A stretch of DNA of 64,000 bases from Mytilus californianus (lineage: Eukaryota): the NCBI RefSeq assembly GCF_021869535.1, contig NW_026262582.1:5146001-5210000 (forward strand), given 5' to 3'. This document shows positions 1 to 14,425 of the stretch, in pieces (position 1 is the first letter of the stretch; each line of letters opens with the position of its first letter). The notes beneath the pieces are model-generated. The model was given only the letters and a program-made list of their open reading frames with translations. It made no database searches and was not told the DNA's origin. Made by a program: the position numbers and the translations under genes.

Positions 1-845
1 TTTACTTTTTTCATACAGTTTAACAATAATGGCGATCTTAAAATAATGTTGGGCCAAATTACAATATAATGTTCAATTACAGTAACGGAATGAAAATTAA
101 GATGGTATGACTAACCAATCTAAATTGAGGTTTTATTATTTTTTTTACCAATGCAATTGTAAGATTTGTCTGATTATTCACAATTCGTGAGTATAAAATA
201 TATCCAAACTGTTATCGTGTTGTGACGCCTTATACCAGACAATAGACAGTCCGACCGCAATAATGGGCATAGGAAACTCAACAAAGTCATACCAGATTAC
301 GGAATCTCCGTTGTACATGTATTAAGTGAACATTGGACACTTTTGATGCATTAATGTCAGAAACATCAAGCCAGTTGAAGGTTGTTGTACGTTTGCTCAA
401 TAGCAAAATTATATACTATAATGATTAATAAAAGTATAAAATATTTTTATTATTTTGAGATCGACCCCGTTTTTTCTATTCTTGTTTTTATTCGGACTCG
501 GAGTCGGGTCGGAGGCGTACATACACTTATTGTAAATCCCCAATAGTCTCTCTTAAATTTACTCGCAATTGTTTAGACACCTCCTGAGTATGCATGACAT
601 ATTTGACATTGGAGTTTTTGCAATAATTATTTTCAAATTAAAATCATATTTTTTTGTCTAGAACTAATTATATGTTTTTTTTATGATCTTTATTCTCACG
701 AAACAAATTACAAAGGTATAGAGATAATTATACAATTGAATAAATAAATAATATACGAAAGTAGATAGAGCCATTTACAATTGTTCACCCAGAAAGGTTA
801 AATTTGTTATTGATCTCCTTAATAAGTTTACACAGCTCATTCAGT
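1..845 (+). repeat. Direct-repeat block, copy A (near-identical to 7992-8862)
   Basis: Sequence from tttactttttcatacag to cagctcattcagtt recurs at 7992-8862 with scattered substitutions and small indels. The copy probably extends left of the window. Confidence 0.95.
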
Positions 846-2161
846 TAAAAATTTGAGGCGCTCGCTAACAAGATCTGCTATCGGAAAGGGGGAATAATTC
901 GTATTTATTTTCTGCTATTGATAATGCTTGAGGAGAGGTCTTTTACAAAAAGCTGTTTGATATTTTGCTTTAATTAAATTTTTTATGTTAAATTAGTTAT
1001 AGCACTGATTATATCCGATAATACACCTTTCATCGTTTAATGCCCAGGCTTCTCAGCTATATGGGATCCCGGCCCAACCTTCCTCTTCGCGTCAGTCCGC
1101 TGCCAATCCCAGGCTATATGCACTTGGTAGAAATAAGCACAGCTTTAAAATATGTAGGATTTAGATCAGCCCCACTAAAGTATAAATTTTATTAAAGTAT
1201 AAAAGTCTTCCACTAAATATGAAACTAACGTCTTTCTAACACACATACTAGTTGCTAATAATCAAGCTTTTTATTTACATGTATTTAGTTTAGCATATTA
1301 ATTGGTTTAAAAAGGAATTAAAAAAAAAACGGTATCATCTAAACATAGGAAAGAGGCAGGTGTACTCTTCTCAAATTAGATCTACAAATAGAAAAAAATA
1401 GCTTGAGGGATATTTACGATAACATTCTGAGGTGTAAACCTTCATGTTACGTTTTGTCTTTAAAGAAAAGTTTTTTTCTTGATTTCTTTCAAATACAGGG
1501 GATCGCTATCAACCTATGTATTTGATATTAAGATGTGTTTCAATTCAACTTTTATTCCCAATTAAATGGTCCGTTTAGAGTATGTAAGTTAATATAAATC
1601 ACAAAGCTCACTGAACAAATATTAATAGGCAGAGGAGAGAACCAGTACAAAGAGGGATAACTCTATTTGTTAAATCTAACTTTTATCTTTTGTTTTTTTC
1701 TTACTTGGAAGTTTTTATCTCGCTGCAATTTAGAAATTTTTATTAAATCTAAATTTTATAATTTGTCATAATCCAAATAAAGAAATATTCTCAATCACTG
1801 TTTCTCATGTTTGGAAACTGTTGATTAGATTTTCTATAAGTATTCGTATCTTGGTGAATCATCAAGAGGATATTAAAGGGCAAAATCCAGTTCATTTTCT
1901 ATTAAGTTATGTGAACAGTTTGACAGCGGCTCCGAGTTGTTGGTCCACCAAAGATGAACTGGATAAAGATTAACATCTACATTACTACATGTTACAATTC
2001 ATATTTATTTGATCAATGTTTATTATAAGAGGTACATATATTTCAATGTATTTATTATTGTTTGTTGAAGTTTATGTTTACTTATTTAGCTGGTTGTGTT
2101 TATTGTTTAAATATAGATTTATTTATGTTTGTTGTTAAGATGAAATTTTGTTATGAGAACA

Positions 2162-2441
2162 CGAGGGTCTGGATGGGGTTTATAGAAAAGAGAATAATGG
2201 ACAAACAATACAGATTTGAAAGACAACAAAATGAAAAAATAGCCAAACAATAGACAAAAAACAAAGAAGAATGGGTGCTTAGATAAAAAAGAATAGATAC
2301 GACGGACAAACAAATTAAGAATACAGAAAAATGGCTTGCAATTGAAAGAATACAGAAACATGGCCTGCAATTGAAAGAATATAGAAAAATGGCCTGAAAT
2401 TGGAAGAATACAGTAAGGAAGGACCCCTATTCAGACCCTCA
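2162..2441. mobile_element. MITE with ~19-bp terminal inverted repeats and internal ~27-bp tandem repeats
   Basis: Left GAGGGTCTGGATGGGGT versus right GACCCCTATTCAGACCCTC (inverted). Three internal copies of gaatacagaaaaatggcctgcaattgaaa. TA follows the right end only, so a Tc1/mariner affinity is tentative. Confidence 0.6.
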
Positions 2442-4521
2442 TACACTGAATGTGATAAAATGTATACTTGTAGTATGGAGTTGTGATCTTGTTTTTGATA
2501 GAAGTCATTACTAGTTGTAGTTGTGATTGGACTTCCAGGGTTAATGGAATGTACTTCATTTTTAGCGGTTTAAACTTTTTATAAGTTAAGAATTTACTGT
2601 TTGCCACTTCGGTTTGACAGAAAAATGAAACGTTGGACGTCTGATATAGACTATATTAACTGTATGAAGAAAGCTAACGCTAGTTAATTTAAATGCATGG
2701 TTCGACTAAGACCAATCCAACGCAATTGTCTTCATTACATGTGTTTTATTTACCATTGAAATAATATTACTGTAGCAAATCAAAATATGCTTTGAATAAC
2801 CATCTTACATTTTTACGTAATAAAAGCATTTTAACAGTTATATTGTTTATACGAAAACTTTGCACTATAGCAATGCAATTCAAATTTGAAACTAGATTTG
2901 TGTTTTCAACATCATTCTCGGTTAAAGTTTAACCAACTACCACCTTCCTTATTTTTATATAATTTGAAAAATCCCTTAATTTCTCCAAATTTTGAGGGTG
3001 CTTTTTTTTAAGTCACGAATTGTTTGAAATATTTTAGGAACATCATTCCACATCTAGTTACGGTATGCGCAATTCATTATTTTTTGTTAATATTCAGACT
3101 AAAAGTCGTTTTTACTGGTTCAGCAATGCTTTCTAGTTCCTCATTTACTATCTGGTAGCTTTGGAAATATATAATTGTGTGTGTCGTAGTAACGGGTATA
3201 AAATACCCAAGAAATGATTTTTTTACATTGGTTGTCTGAAATATTCATAATATTTGTAATGTATTCACATTTCTGTTATAAAAGTCACGTATTCCTATCT
3301 CATGTTTTGTAAATACATATATATATATATATATCAATTATCCTACTTGTTGCCAGATGACTATTTGAACACAAAATTTATTTAAAATCTTCTGTTTTTC
3401 TTTCAATTTCTATAACACTTGCGAAAATGGCTTCCAGCCCATGTACACATTGACGTCGCTAAAGTGTTGTCTCATTGGGCATCATACCACATCTTCATAT
3501 TTTAATATAGACAATAACAACTGAATATTTGTCTCTCACATAAACCTACGATTTCGACCATGTGAATGAAACAAATACAATGTACATGTGAAATTGAACC
3601 TCAAATGGTGGTGTTTCCTTGAGAGTCGAACAATGCTCTAGACTTATAAAGATACATATAGCAATCTTTCGAACGTTTGTGTTGTACCTGCAGCTACACG
3701 TATCTGCCTGTTCTATTTATTTTTTAGTTAGTGCATGGTATTGTGGATATACGTTTTGTATCATCTACATGCTTGTAATTCAGCAGACGGAAATTTCATA
3801 AAACTGACCTTTTTTTCTAACTCTTTATGGTACCAACAGATGTTGTCCTCTTTTTTCTTCTTCTTTGTTTTGTGTATTTTGCACACATAAATTATAAATA
3901 CAGGCGGAGCTCTTGTTTCATTCAAATGGGCTTTTTTTTCGACAGAATCCCAAAATTATGTCTTTGTGTTTGCTGGTAATTATACCAAAATCTGTTTATT
4001 GAGGCTCCAGAAATTGAACTGTTCGGTATTTTCATGCGTCATTATCTAAGTTGCATGTAGACAAGGATTGTGATTGTTTGTTTATTTGTCGCTGACGTCG
4101 GGAACATTCATGTCCTAATGTTAAGCATTAAAAATTCAGGTAAGATCTATGGCAACGAATTAGTTCTGATTGCATATGCATAACGTTTTGTCAATTTCAC
4201 TAAGCTCCATGGTGGAAATATTCTTGGGGCAAATCCCACTAACTAAAAATGTAAAGCTAATATGATCTGCTTCAAATAAAAAATAAAAAATAAAATCCCA
4301 CAAACTCAAAACAAACGGCTGATATTAACAAGTTTATTTGAGATGAGATGACACCGTTTTTTGTTGTCACGAGTTTCAGGAGAAAGACATGTCATAAACA
4401 AAACTGAAATCTCTATGAACTGATACAACCACAAACTCAAAAGATTACTTAACTCAATATTTATCAAAACCCGACAATAAGTTCCAAAGAAAGAAATGAA
4501 ATATAACCTTTACAATTGTAG

Positions 4522-4647
4522 GTGTATACATATGCTTGAACGCCATTGTTTTAGTTCATTTTGTTGGAATAGATAATTTGACGAGTTCCTTTGGTAACAT
4601 GTTGCTATTCAAAGGTCTTTTTCTATTAATTGGAACACCGGCTGCAG
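4522..4647 (+). CDS. Monocarboxylate transporter (SLC16/MCT family, MFS), penultimate coding exon
   Basis: ttgtag|GT...GCAG|gtaagt. Translates (G)VYICLNAIVLVHFVGIDNLTSSFGNMLLFKGLFLLIGTPAA(G), the MCT TM10-TM11 pattern. Phase 1 matches the next exon. Confidence 0.85.
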
Positions 4648-5479
4648 GTAAGTGACTAGTTATTATATTGCTTTTTCGTAAGAATTCCAAGTGAAACACA
4701 CATTCAAATACACACACACATTTTTATAATGGTTGTAAATATATCCTGGATATTTTTTTTTATTTAATTCAAATTCAGCACTATAAAATGATTTAATTAG
4801 TCATTCGACGAAATAAAACCTATACTCTAGAACATTACAGTATACGTTATTAAGTGGAATGTTATTTTTGTAAAAAAATTACTTTTTTCAACTTGCTTAT
4901 CACAGACTACGAGAAGGGCTACCTGCTCATGTCCCTGTCTCCAATCGAACACCGTGTCATCATTTTTGAATTGGTTATATCAAAAAGAGGTGAAAAAAAC
5001 CAAAGGGACATTTAAGTCGAAGGAAACGCCATGTCAAAAAAAGAAAGACAGCGAAAAGACAAGCAAGCATACAAACTCTACATAAAAAACCAATGACTAA
5101 GCAACAAAAAACAAGGGTTGCTTTAAGGTGATTTGGAAGGGTAAACAGATAGGTGGCACCAGTCATGTTTCTTATCGTAAGTACAAAAACAGTAATAAGT
5201 CTCATTCATTGTTGTCACAATCGAAGAGAAGGGGAAGGATTGTGGTTTCAATATTTGGAACATATTAATGGTCAGTTATGAAACAGATATTTCATAATGA
5301 TCAACCAACTCTTGACCGCATCGACAAAACTTCCGAATCTTGATGTTTTTTTTGTCCTTTGAAGAAAAATTTGTGTTGACATCTGATCTTTGATAGTTTC
5401 TGTTAAAAGTATTTACTATTTACAGCAAGTTTCTGTTTAACGTATTTACTATTTACAGCAAGGGTTGTCTGAGATATGG

Positions 5480-5850
5480 ATTTTTTTTCAAAATGACTTC
5501 TCTCGTCCGGTACTAAAACCTATGTAAAGGGGACTTATTTGGTGCCTTGTAGAATGTACAAATTCGAAATCACGAATAAGTGGCACGAGGACGTATTAAC
5601 ATCCATTGCCTCGTGAAGAGTAGAGTGTCACGCTTTATGCCCATTAAAGAAACAACATAACTTAAAAGATTTATCAATGGTCTGTTGCAAGACTATGTCT
5701 GCATTCCCATTCCACATACCCTACTTTATCCAGTAGCAGTCAAAATTGCCAGCCTCCTTCCCGGTAGACCGATTTTGTAGAAACTACCTATTGGTTCGAT
5801 CTCATGCTGAATATATTCACAACATATGTGTCATTGGACGTTAAGCAATT
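5480..5850. repeat. Possible SINE-like interspersed repeat (degenerate)
   Basis: GC-richer island ending in cattggacgttaagcaa...caatcaat, resembling SINE 3' ends. No clear A/B boxes identified. Confidence 0.3.
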
Positions 5851-6744
5851 TTGCAATCAATTAACCTCGACTCTGGAAGATTAAGAGCTTCGCAATGTTA
5901 TAAATAAATTATTCTTTTTTTGTCGACGACCGTATTTCTTTTAGATTTTGTTACTGTCACATTGTTATAGAAATAATTGACATGATAAAAAAGGTAATAA
6001 AATACATGTTTTGTCGGAAATTATGTATTATTTATAGAATTTATTTATCTGTAGTTTTACGTATTTATATAATATAAGTATGTAGTAGGTATTTTAAGTA
6101 TGAGTATTATGTATTATATTTCTGTTTGTTTGGTTATCTTATTTAGTTAAATTATAAAAAAATGATGTAGTCTTTTCTATCAATAGAAAGTTTGTTAAAA
6201 ATAATGGTTGGTGATGAAAATCTCTACATGCTTATTGACCTGTATTTGTGAAGAAATTCGTTATATACAATGATATATAGTTCATATAAGAATCATGCAA
6301 TTCGAATTTTGTTGAAACTCTGCTATATCAATGTAGTGCCTTTAAAACCTTGAAAGATAATTGACATCCATTTCACATTTGATCATAATGACATAATGGG
6401 AGTTATTAATATTTCCAAGAGCGTGAGATTTATAGTATGTTCTATAAACTTTAACCTACCTTGCTAAAAGTCCAAATGAAATATAGTTTTATGAATTTCA
6501 TATTCCAAATAAGATATTGAAAATCTTCATTTTTAGTCTTTTCGTCCATGAATCAGATTTTCTATGGTTCTTAAATAACTTTCTTAGTGATGCGTTGAAG
6601 AACTAGGGCGTTCGATGATCTATTATAGTTTATAACATCTACATCTATTGGTTTCTGATGGATAGTTGTCCAATTGGTTATCATATCACTTCTCCTTATT
6701 ATATATTGATATTTAAATTATAAGTTATATGTGTTTCTTTTCAG

Positions 6745-6920
6745 GTTGGCTTTTCGATGAAACAGGAAGTTACGCCATTACTTTTTATTCAGATGGAATT
6801 ATTCTGTGTTTGTCATCAGTATTGTTGTTTATTGGGTATGCTCTCAATAAAAATAAACTGAAAAAGTCAAGAGAAACATCTAATGTTTTGTACGAATATT
6901 ATATTGGATCATTAATATAA
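6745..6920 (+). CDS. Monocarboxylate transporter (SLC16/MCT family), last coding exon
   Basis: tttcttttcag|GT TGG. Encodes (G)WLFDETGSYAITFYSDGIILCLSSVLLFIG..., the MCT TM11-TM12 signature GWLxDxTGSY. Stop at 6918-6920. Confidence 0.85.
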
Positions 6921-7991
6921 AGAGTTTTCAGGGCGATAAGGAACTATCAAGAATGCTGTTATTTTGTAAAACAAAAACAGTGCTTGTTTTATGGTGTCTT
7001 TGACTGTTAAAGCCAGATCACTGAATGAGTGGTATAAGAAGTTAACTGTTCATATAACTTCTGTCTATCATAATTAGTGTTCGAGTCTAGTTATGAAATG
7101 ACAAGGTGTGCCAGATTCAGATGTAGCCAGATGCGTATTTGTGTGTGTGCTTGTGTGTTGGAAAAGGTCATAAAAACTTAGCCATCCCCCTTTTTATAAG
7201 GAGAATATCTGCTTTCAATATACCTGGTTACACGTACCGATGTCCAAACCAGTTTGCCACATGTTTACCTATTGAATGGAAGTTAATGTTTTAAACCAGG
7301 TATTACGGCAACAAGACTGATGTTTATATTACACGTTTGTATAAAGGCCAGTATCATGTCTTATATAACCATTGAAACACTATATTTGTTGTATTGTTAA
7401 TATATGCAGAATAATGTAAATCGTACTAATTTAGGAAAATGGCAACTAGAATTCCCTTTACACGTCACTTTCAGTACTGTGGTGGTTTCACATCCAACAT
7501 TACTCAATTAATACCGATTCAAATGATTTGAATATTGATGTTTGAAACAGCAACAAAAAACTCATCTTTTATTTCATTAGACTAAATAGAAGCTTATGCC
7601 CGTTTAACTGTGTGTAGCCCTGCTCACTATATAGAATAAGTATGCCTAGCAGTAAATATTCTTACCTTGACTACTATAGTGCCGCTCCCCTCTTTTCAAA
7701 GCCAATAACAACTAATGAAAAACATCATATATCTGAGACTAAACTGTTCCTTTTTACCTCTAGTTTACACAGTAATAAGGTTTTGAAGACTCTAAAACAT
7801 GTTCACCTCGTCATGTGTTCAAGCTTCTTTTCTGAGTCAGGACCGTTCAATATGGATTTACCATAACTGTCCGAATAAGACTACCTTTCAGGTGATATCC
7901 ATTCGTTTGATGTGTTTGAGCTTTTGATTTTGCCATTTGATTAGGGACTTTCCGTTTTGAATTTTCATCAGAGTTCGGTATTTTTGTTATT

Positions 7992-8862
7992 TTACTTTTT
8001 TCATACAGTTTAACAATAATGGCGATCTTAAAATAATGTTGGGCCTAATTACAATATAATGTTCAATTACAGTAACGGAATGAAAATTAAGATGGTATGA
8101 CTGACCAATCTAAATTGAGGTTTTATTATTTTTTTTACCAATGCAATTGTAAGATTTATCTGATTATTCACAATTCGTGAGTATAAAATATATCCAAACC
8201 GTTATCGTGTTGTGACGCCTTATACCAGACAATAGACAGTCCGACCGCAATAATGGGCATAGGAAACTCAACAAAGTCATACCAGATTACGGAATCTCCG
8301 TTGTACATGTATTAAGTGAACATTGGACACTTTTGATGCATTAATGTCAGAAACATCAAGCCAGTTGAAGGTTGTTGTACGTTTGCTCAATAGCAAAATT
8401 ATATACTATAATATATAATAAAAGTATAAAATATTTTTATTATTTTGAGATCGACCCCGTTTTTCTCTATTCTTGTTTTTATTCGGACTCGGAGTCGGGT
8501 CGGAGGCGTACATACACTTATTGTAAATCCCCAATAGTCTCTCTTAAATTTACTCGAAATTGTTTAGACACCTCCTGAGTATGCATGACATATTTGACAT
8601 TGGAGTTTTTGCAATAATTATTTTCAAATTAAAACTTATCATATTTTTTGTCTAAAATTAATTATATGTTTGCCCAAGTTTTATTTTATGATCAAAATTC
8701 TCACGAACCAAATTACAAAGGTATAGAGATAATTATACATATTTCAATACAATTACATAAATAAATAATGTACGAAAGTAGATAGAGGCATTTACAATTG
8801 TTCACCCAGAAAGGTTAAATTTGTTATTGATCTCCTTAATAAGTTTACACAGCTCATTCAGT
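7992..8862 (+). repeat. Direct-repeat block, copy B (near-identical to 1-845)
   Basis: Direct alignment by eye. Preceded (about 7895-7995) by a short interspersed repeat also seen at 17715-17810 and, inverted, at 11160 and 61135. Confidence 0.95.
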
Positions 8863-8863
8863 T

Positions 8864-9600
8864 CTGAACATGTTTTGGAATTCATTAAGTCATGAAACTT
8901 CAACTGTTAGGTCTTTTCCTATAATGAAATGTAATACATTGTTTTCTACAGTTATCAAAAGCTGAACAATTACAAATGTAATGGTATTCATCACCAATGG
9001 CAACTAAATTACACAATACACACTTTATGTTGTCTCTTTCTAAGTTTTGCAATCTTCCAGTTTCGATTAAAAATTTCATGTTCAGAGTTCGAAATTTTAA
9101 AAATAAAGATATATGTCTGTTATCCAAAATACTAAAATATTTCTAAAACTCTAAAGTATCCTTGAATAAACGATAATGTAATGCTTTTGGTGATTACAGT
9201 AGGCTTGCTAACCAATTTTGTTTGAACTGATCTATTAAGTTCTGTTTAATGGTTACATTTTGTTAACAAAAAAGATGTTGTTCCATACATATGACAAGCC
9301 ACACGTGTCTAAAATTGGTTTGACTTGTTTTAACCGGAAAATATTTGTACTATATTTAGCAGTGGCTAAGTTATACAAAATAATGGTAATTTGTCAGGAT
9401 TTCCAATTACCAACTTAAACCAATAGTTAATCATTCGTAATTTGATTGAAATTTCTAATGAATATTTTCCCAATACACCATAGATTATATAATTAAGAGT
9501 AGACTTTTTTTTACTCCAAGTAATATTTTACAAAATTTAATATGAACCCTTTCGATTATTGAATTATTTCCAAAACCCCAAACTTCATACCCAATGTGAC
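8864..9600 (-). pseudogene. Decayed 3' fragment of a non-LTR retrotransposon (L2/CR1 group) ORF2
   Basis: Minus-strand remnants GYEVWGFGNNSIIERVHIKFCK and ETGRLQNLERDNIKCVLCNLVAIGDEYHYICNC (C-terminal CC/HC motif). Confidence 0.75.
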
Positions 9601-11159
9601 ATGTTTACCTATAATAAATTATATTTTTACCTAGAATTATTTATATTTTTACCTAGAATTATTTATATTTTTACCTAGAATTATTTGAGTTTTTACCTGG
9701 CATGAATTATTTTTTATTAGTTTTACCATGGCCTAGCATTACTAATTGAGCTTTAACCGTTTTGTCTCGAGGATATTACCAGCACAGTAGTCGGCACTTG
9801 TTTGTTTTTATGTTCTTTATCTGTATATTAACCGTTTATGAACTGTTGAATTACTCGAAATACTAGAGTTCCACTGCTCCAAGGCATTGATTGCCTAAGT
9901 CGTATTTGACACAACTTCTTAGAATTTTCTGTATTTAATGTTCATCAAATTCGTATTTGATTTGGTTTTTACAGGAAAGTCAATCAATAACTCATTTTTA
10001 TCAACCGACAGCAACAAACGTGGGAACCCTAAAAACGGCTTGCCGATATAGAACTCGATGCCCTCATTAGCTCAAAATTAATAAGGCACCATCCATTCAG
10101 AATTTTGCGATAGGGCTTGGGTTTTTGGTTTTTGGGACAAACATTTTCATTCGTCTTTTATAAACAAGAAATACATTTTTCAATAACATACAGGAACACG
10201 AAAGCTTTTGAAAATCAGTATTGAATTCAATTTTTTCAATATTTTTTTCCTTCTCTTCAGAACAATATATTTTTACAAGAATTTTAAAATTGAACAATTT
10301 ATTTAAAAACCATACCTCCTCACAAAAGATGAATGAGCGATCCCTTAATATTATGATTTCTGCATTGTCTGAATATTAGAAGTCTTATCAAATTTGTGTC
10401 GTCGGCGTGTTGTTTTGTAAAAATTTTAACTGCTAGTAGCTTCCTGTTTTTGCGTTTACCAATTCTACAGGTTCTTGACAGCTGCAACCCAAACCAGTTT
10501 CTTCATTCTGTCCTTATTTGGTTTTCAGGATACAATTATTCAGCATGCCTTGGCTGTCAGTCATAAACGAAATATCAGTAGAGGGGGAATTTTCCTTTTT
10601 AAAATCATAATACTTTACCACTGGTGATTCTGTAATTTGTTTATGATACTGGCTCTATTTTCCCAGTTTGTTCTAGGTTGTGACACAGCTTTGTCGAAGT
10701 CAAAGATAACACATTCAAACACAACTCTTATGTCATCTTCAACGTTAACAGTGGCAGGCTGAGAAACATTTGAAGGATGTCGTTATAAAGTCTTTTAAAT
10801 CCATAGTCAATGAGAGTTAAGCTAGATCCATTTGAGTGATAGTATGATCGAACTTTATCTTTGTCTTCTGTAAAAACATGGCAGATCTGGAAAAAGGCAT
10901 GTATCGATTCATCCCTTATTTGTGTGCATCAACTGTAATTTGTTACTTGTGAATATTTTTAAACACCTGAATAACAACAAGAAATTCAATTCAAACTAAT
11001 TTAACACATCTGTTGCATGCTGAGTATTAATAATCTGTGTTACAATATCGCTTTATAGTGACCAGACTATATTCATTCTCCGCGACATAATGTCATGGAA
11101 TTATGTCTACCTGCTCCACAATAAGGCAAAGTGACTTTATTGACGGATCAAATACATAA

Positions 11160-11450
11160 CTTTATTGAAAATAACAAAAATACCAAACTCCAAGGAAAAT
11201 TCAAATCGGAAAGACCCTTATCAAATGACAAAATCAAAAGCTCAAACACATCAAACGAATGTAAAAAAAAACTCTCATATTCCTGACTTGGTACAGGCAT
11301 TTCCTAATGTAGAAAATGGTGGATTAAAACTGGTTTTATAGCTAGCTACACATATCAATTGTATCACGGTCGCATAAAATTCCATTATATTGACAACAAT
11401 GTGTGAACAAAAACAAACAGACATAATAGGTACAAAAATCAAAATAGTAT
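11160..11450 (-). repeat. Interspersed repeat (second copy 61135-61420)
   Basis: aaaataacaaaaatacc...ggaaattcaaa..ggaaagtcc...cttggtacaggcatttcc...ggtggatta shared by both loci. Carries the inverted cctgtcccaagtcagga core. Confidence 0.8.
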
Positions 11451-12714
11451 TCATATTTGGTTACATGCTGTTTGTGTTATATTTGCAAGATGTCTTATTT
11501 ATCAAATATCAATTACTACAAGACCAAAGTTCACAATGCTTTCCAAATGAAAAAACAACAAAACCTAATTAAATCCTATTTCCTCATCCAGTTTCACTTC
11601 CAGGTATCGTTCTGATACCAGTTGAATTTACATACGCTTATGTTTTCTTCTTTTTGTTTTTTATTATATTTATATTTTTTGTTTTTTTTTCTTCTGATGA
11701 TGATGTGTTTGGGTTGTCGAGAAGGAACTGCCCGTGGCTGCCATGCATTCTTAACCTATCTACCCCTAAACAATATGGGAGAAGAATGACAGGAGATATA
11801 TTAACCCAATCTATTATACATATCTAAAGATGCTAAAATAAACTTGCATTGCTTGTTCCTCGTTTTTTGCTTCTACAGTCATTACAGATTTATATTAAAA
11901 GTAGAAAAGACCAGCACAAATTGTCAATTAAAACCAAAAAATAGCAAAAGAAAGGTTTCAAAAGTAATCTACACCATATAAATCAATAAATGCCTAAAAT
12001 ACGAAAACTTATTGGAAAATGATGAAAATGTGAATCGTGTTAAAATTCACTCAAATATTATCAATGCTGAGGAAAATAGGCAAAATTGCATATGAGGATA
12101 AACAAATATGTGAGTTTTTGTAAAATTCTTTAATCTAATGTTCAAACTAAATGAAGAAAATGTTTATTTAACTGACTTTGAAAGTAAAACTGACATTAAA
12201 GTTTGTGATTAACATGAAAGTATCGAGCAAATTCTTGATTAACAAAGAAATGTCTATCTTTTATCTATTGCCAATTTTGATAAATACTTAGCAATTACAT
12301 TATGATTGACGCTGAATGGAATAACCATATCGAAAATATAATGAATAGCATTAAAAACACATAAATATATACTGTGAAAAATGAATATAGACTTAACCGA
12401 CACAATTCAGATTTTTTTTATTTTGCAATTATGTATAGGAAAATTGTTTACAAGGGTTTGTAGAAAAAGTAAAACAGCTACAAATTGAAGCTGCAAGAAA
12501 AGTAACGGGCTGTCCTATTTTCACAAAGAACAAAATTAAAAATGTTTTATAATATTCAGAACTATAATGTCCCTGAATATGAAAGTAGTTGTCCTAACAA
12601 TCATTCAAAGTACAACACCATATATCTTGCAAATCATGTATACCATCAAAAACTTAGATACGTCGTTTCGAAAAAAATAGAATCAATATCAAAATTCAAA
12701 TCAAAATTGAAATT

Positions 12715-13105
12715 TTTGTGAAGACACTGATTTCAACAACAAATACACAGAATATGATATTATTAAAATGCTCCGCTTTTTGATCGACAACATATTTATT
12801 GAAATTTGCAGATAAGTATTTCAGCAGATATTTTTTATTCCAATGGGTACTAATGGTGCATCCCTACTGGCCGACACGTTTTTGTACTCATATGAAGAAT
12901 TACAACAATACCTAATCGAACACAAAAATTAAAAGCATCTTTGAAAGTTCTTTAATTTCACTTTCAGATATATTGACGATATCCGTTCACTCAATAACTC
13001 ACATTTTAGTGAATGCTTGCATCTCATTTACCCCAGTGAACTTGACAATGACGAAACTACCGAAACTAGAAGGTCTGCTTCATATCTTGATCTTTCTCCC
13101 GATAT
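12715..13105 (+). pseudogene. Penelope-like reverse transcriptase fragment, decayed
   Basis: Remnant motifs IIKML..LIDNIF, IPMGTN.A.LLAD.FLYSYE, FNFTFRYIDD and TETRRSASYLDL, with stops and frameshifts. Confidence 0.75.
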
Positions 13106-14314
13106 TTGGTGTTGTACCCCAAGAAAAGATAAACTAAGCTGTATTTGACAAAACCTTTTGGAATTTTGGGTCCTCAATGCTCTTCAACTTCGTACTTTAA
13201 TTGGCCTTTTTATCGCACCTGGCCACCTGGTTTTTTTCATCAATTGTCAACACAATTCTAACCGTTGTACGTTTTTGCATATTTCCTTAAAAATTATAAA
13301 AGACAGATAGACACTTTAACTAGCAATAGTCTGTTAACATCAGTGGCCTTGAGCTGTTTTCTGCTCTGTGGTCGGGTTGTTGTCTCTTTGAAGCATTCCC
13401 CGTTTCTATTCTATATCTAAATACTACAGATTGAGATAAATTATTTACCTGTGAATTGCTTAATTCATGTTTGTAGTGTAATAGAACCACAGATTTCAAA
13501 TGTTTATACATCTTTGCTAGTTTTATTCTCTTGTTTGTTTTTTGTCTCTGATATTTATACCGCATCTCTCCTTTCTCATGATAAATCATTATAAAACATT
13601 CAATAATCAACAAACTTTCATTATTTATTGTTTATAATATAAATCAACAATATCACTATTGCTTGAATCACAATTTTGCACAACTTTAAAATGGCCTAGC
13701 TGTTCTCAAGTATATTTTATACAATTTATTTTTCAAAAGAAGAACTTTCTTTTTTACCAGATATTAAATTTGTTAGCTCTTGATGAATTTTTCAGTCTAG
13801 ATAGAAACATAAATTTCATGAGCAATCCAACTATTTTTTTAAGTTAAAACAAGAACAGCAACATGGTATTTTTAAATTGATGTTGATCAACATAATCATA
13901 CCTGCTTTGTACACCACCAACATGAATTTTACCAAATGATAGTTCAAGTATGATAATGTTCTTTCTTTACTAAGATTTTGAAAATCATAAAACAAAAAGC
14001 ATCCGGTTTTTTTCCTTGAAGTTAAAAATCAATTCTTTGTTGTCAACATGATTTTCCTCTATGTACTTATCAGACAGAAAAACATCACAAGTTGATTTTA
14101 TGTAGAGTTTGAACACAGATGTTTTCAATGTCAGAAAACATATAAATTGAATATATATAAATATGAATACATTATATAGTAGGGATGGCAATTTTTACAA
14201 AATAAACACAGAATGGAAACTTTTGTTTGTGTTTTTAATAAATGAATGTGAAAAACTATCAAAATAGGTCAATTTGGGTACCCTCATATTACGACAACAC
14301 CCGTATTTGTTGTC

Positions 14315-14425
14315 ATCCTTATTGTAGATATATATAGTTGCCATCCTTACTATAGATATATATAGTTGCCATCCTTATTATAGATATATATAGTTGCCAT
14401 CCTTATTATAGATATATATATATAT
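14315..14425. repeat. ~29-bp minisatellite (gttgccatccttattatagatatatata) x4
   Basis: Direct tandem copies. Confidence 0.9.

Noticed and set aside
4070-4139. Possible further MCT exon (tag|ACA...TCAG|gtaag; TRIVIVCLFVADVGNIHVLMLSIKNSG)
   Set aside because: Phase is compatible, but the peptide does not convincingly match the MCT TM8-TM9 region and the acceptor is weak.
10380-10950. Possible relic of a SWIM/YqaJ-type transposon ORF on the minus strand
   Set aside because: Only short, frameshifted resemblances; no motif I can support.
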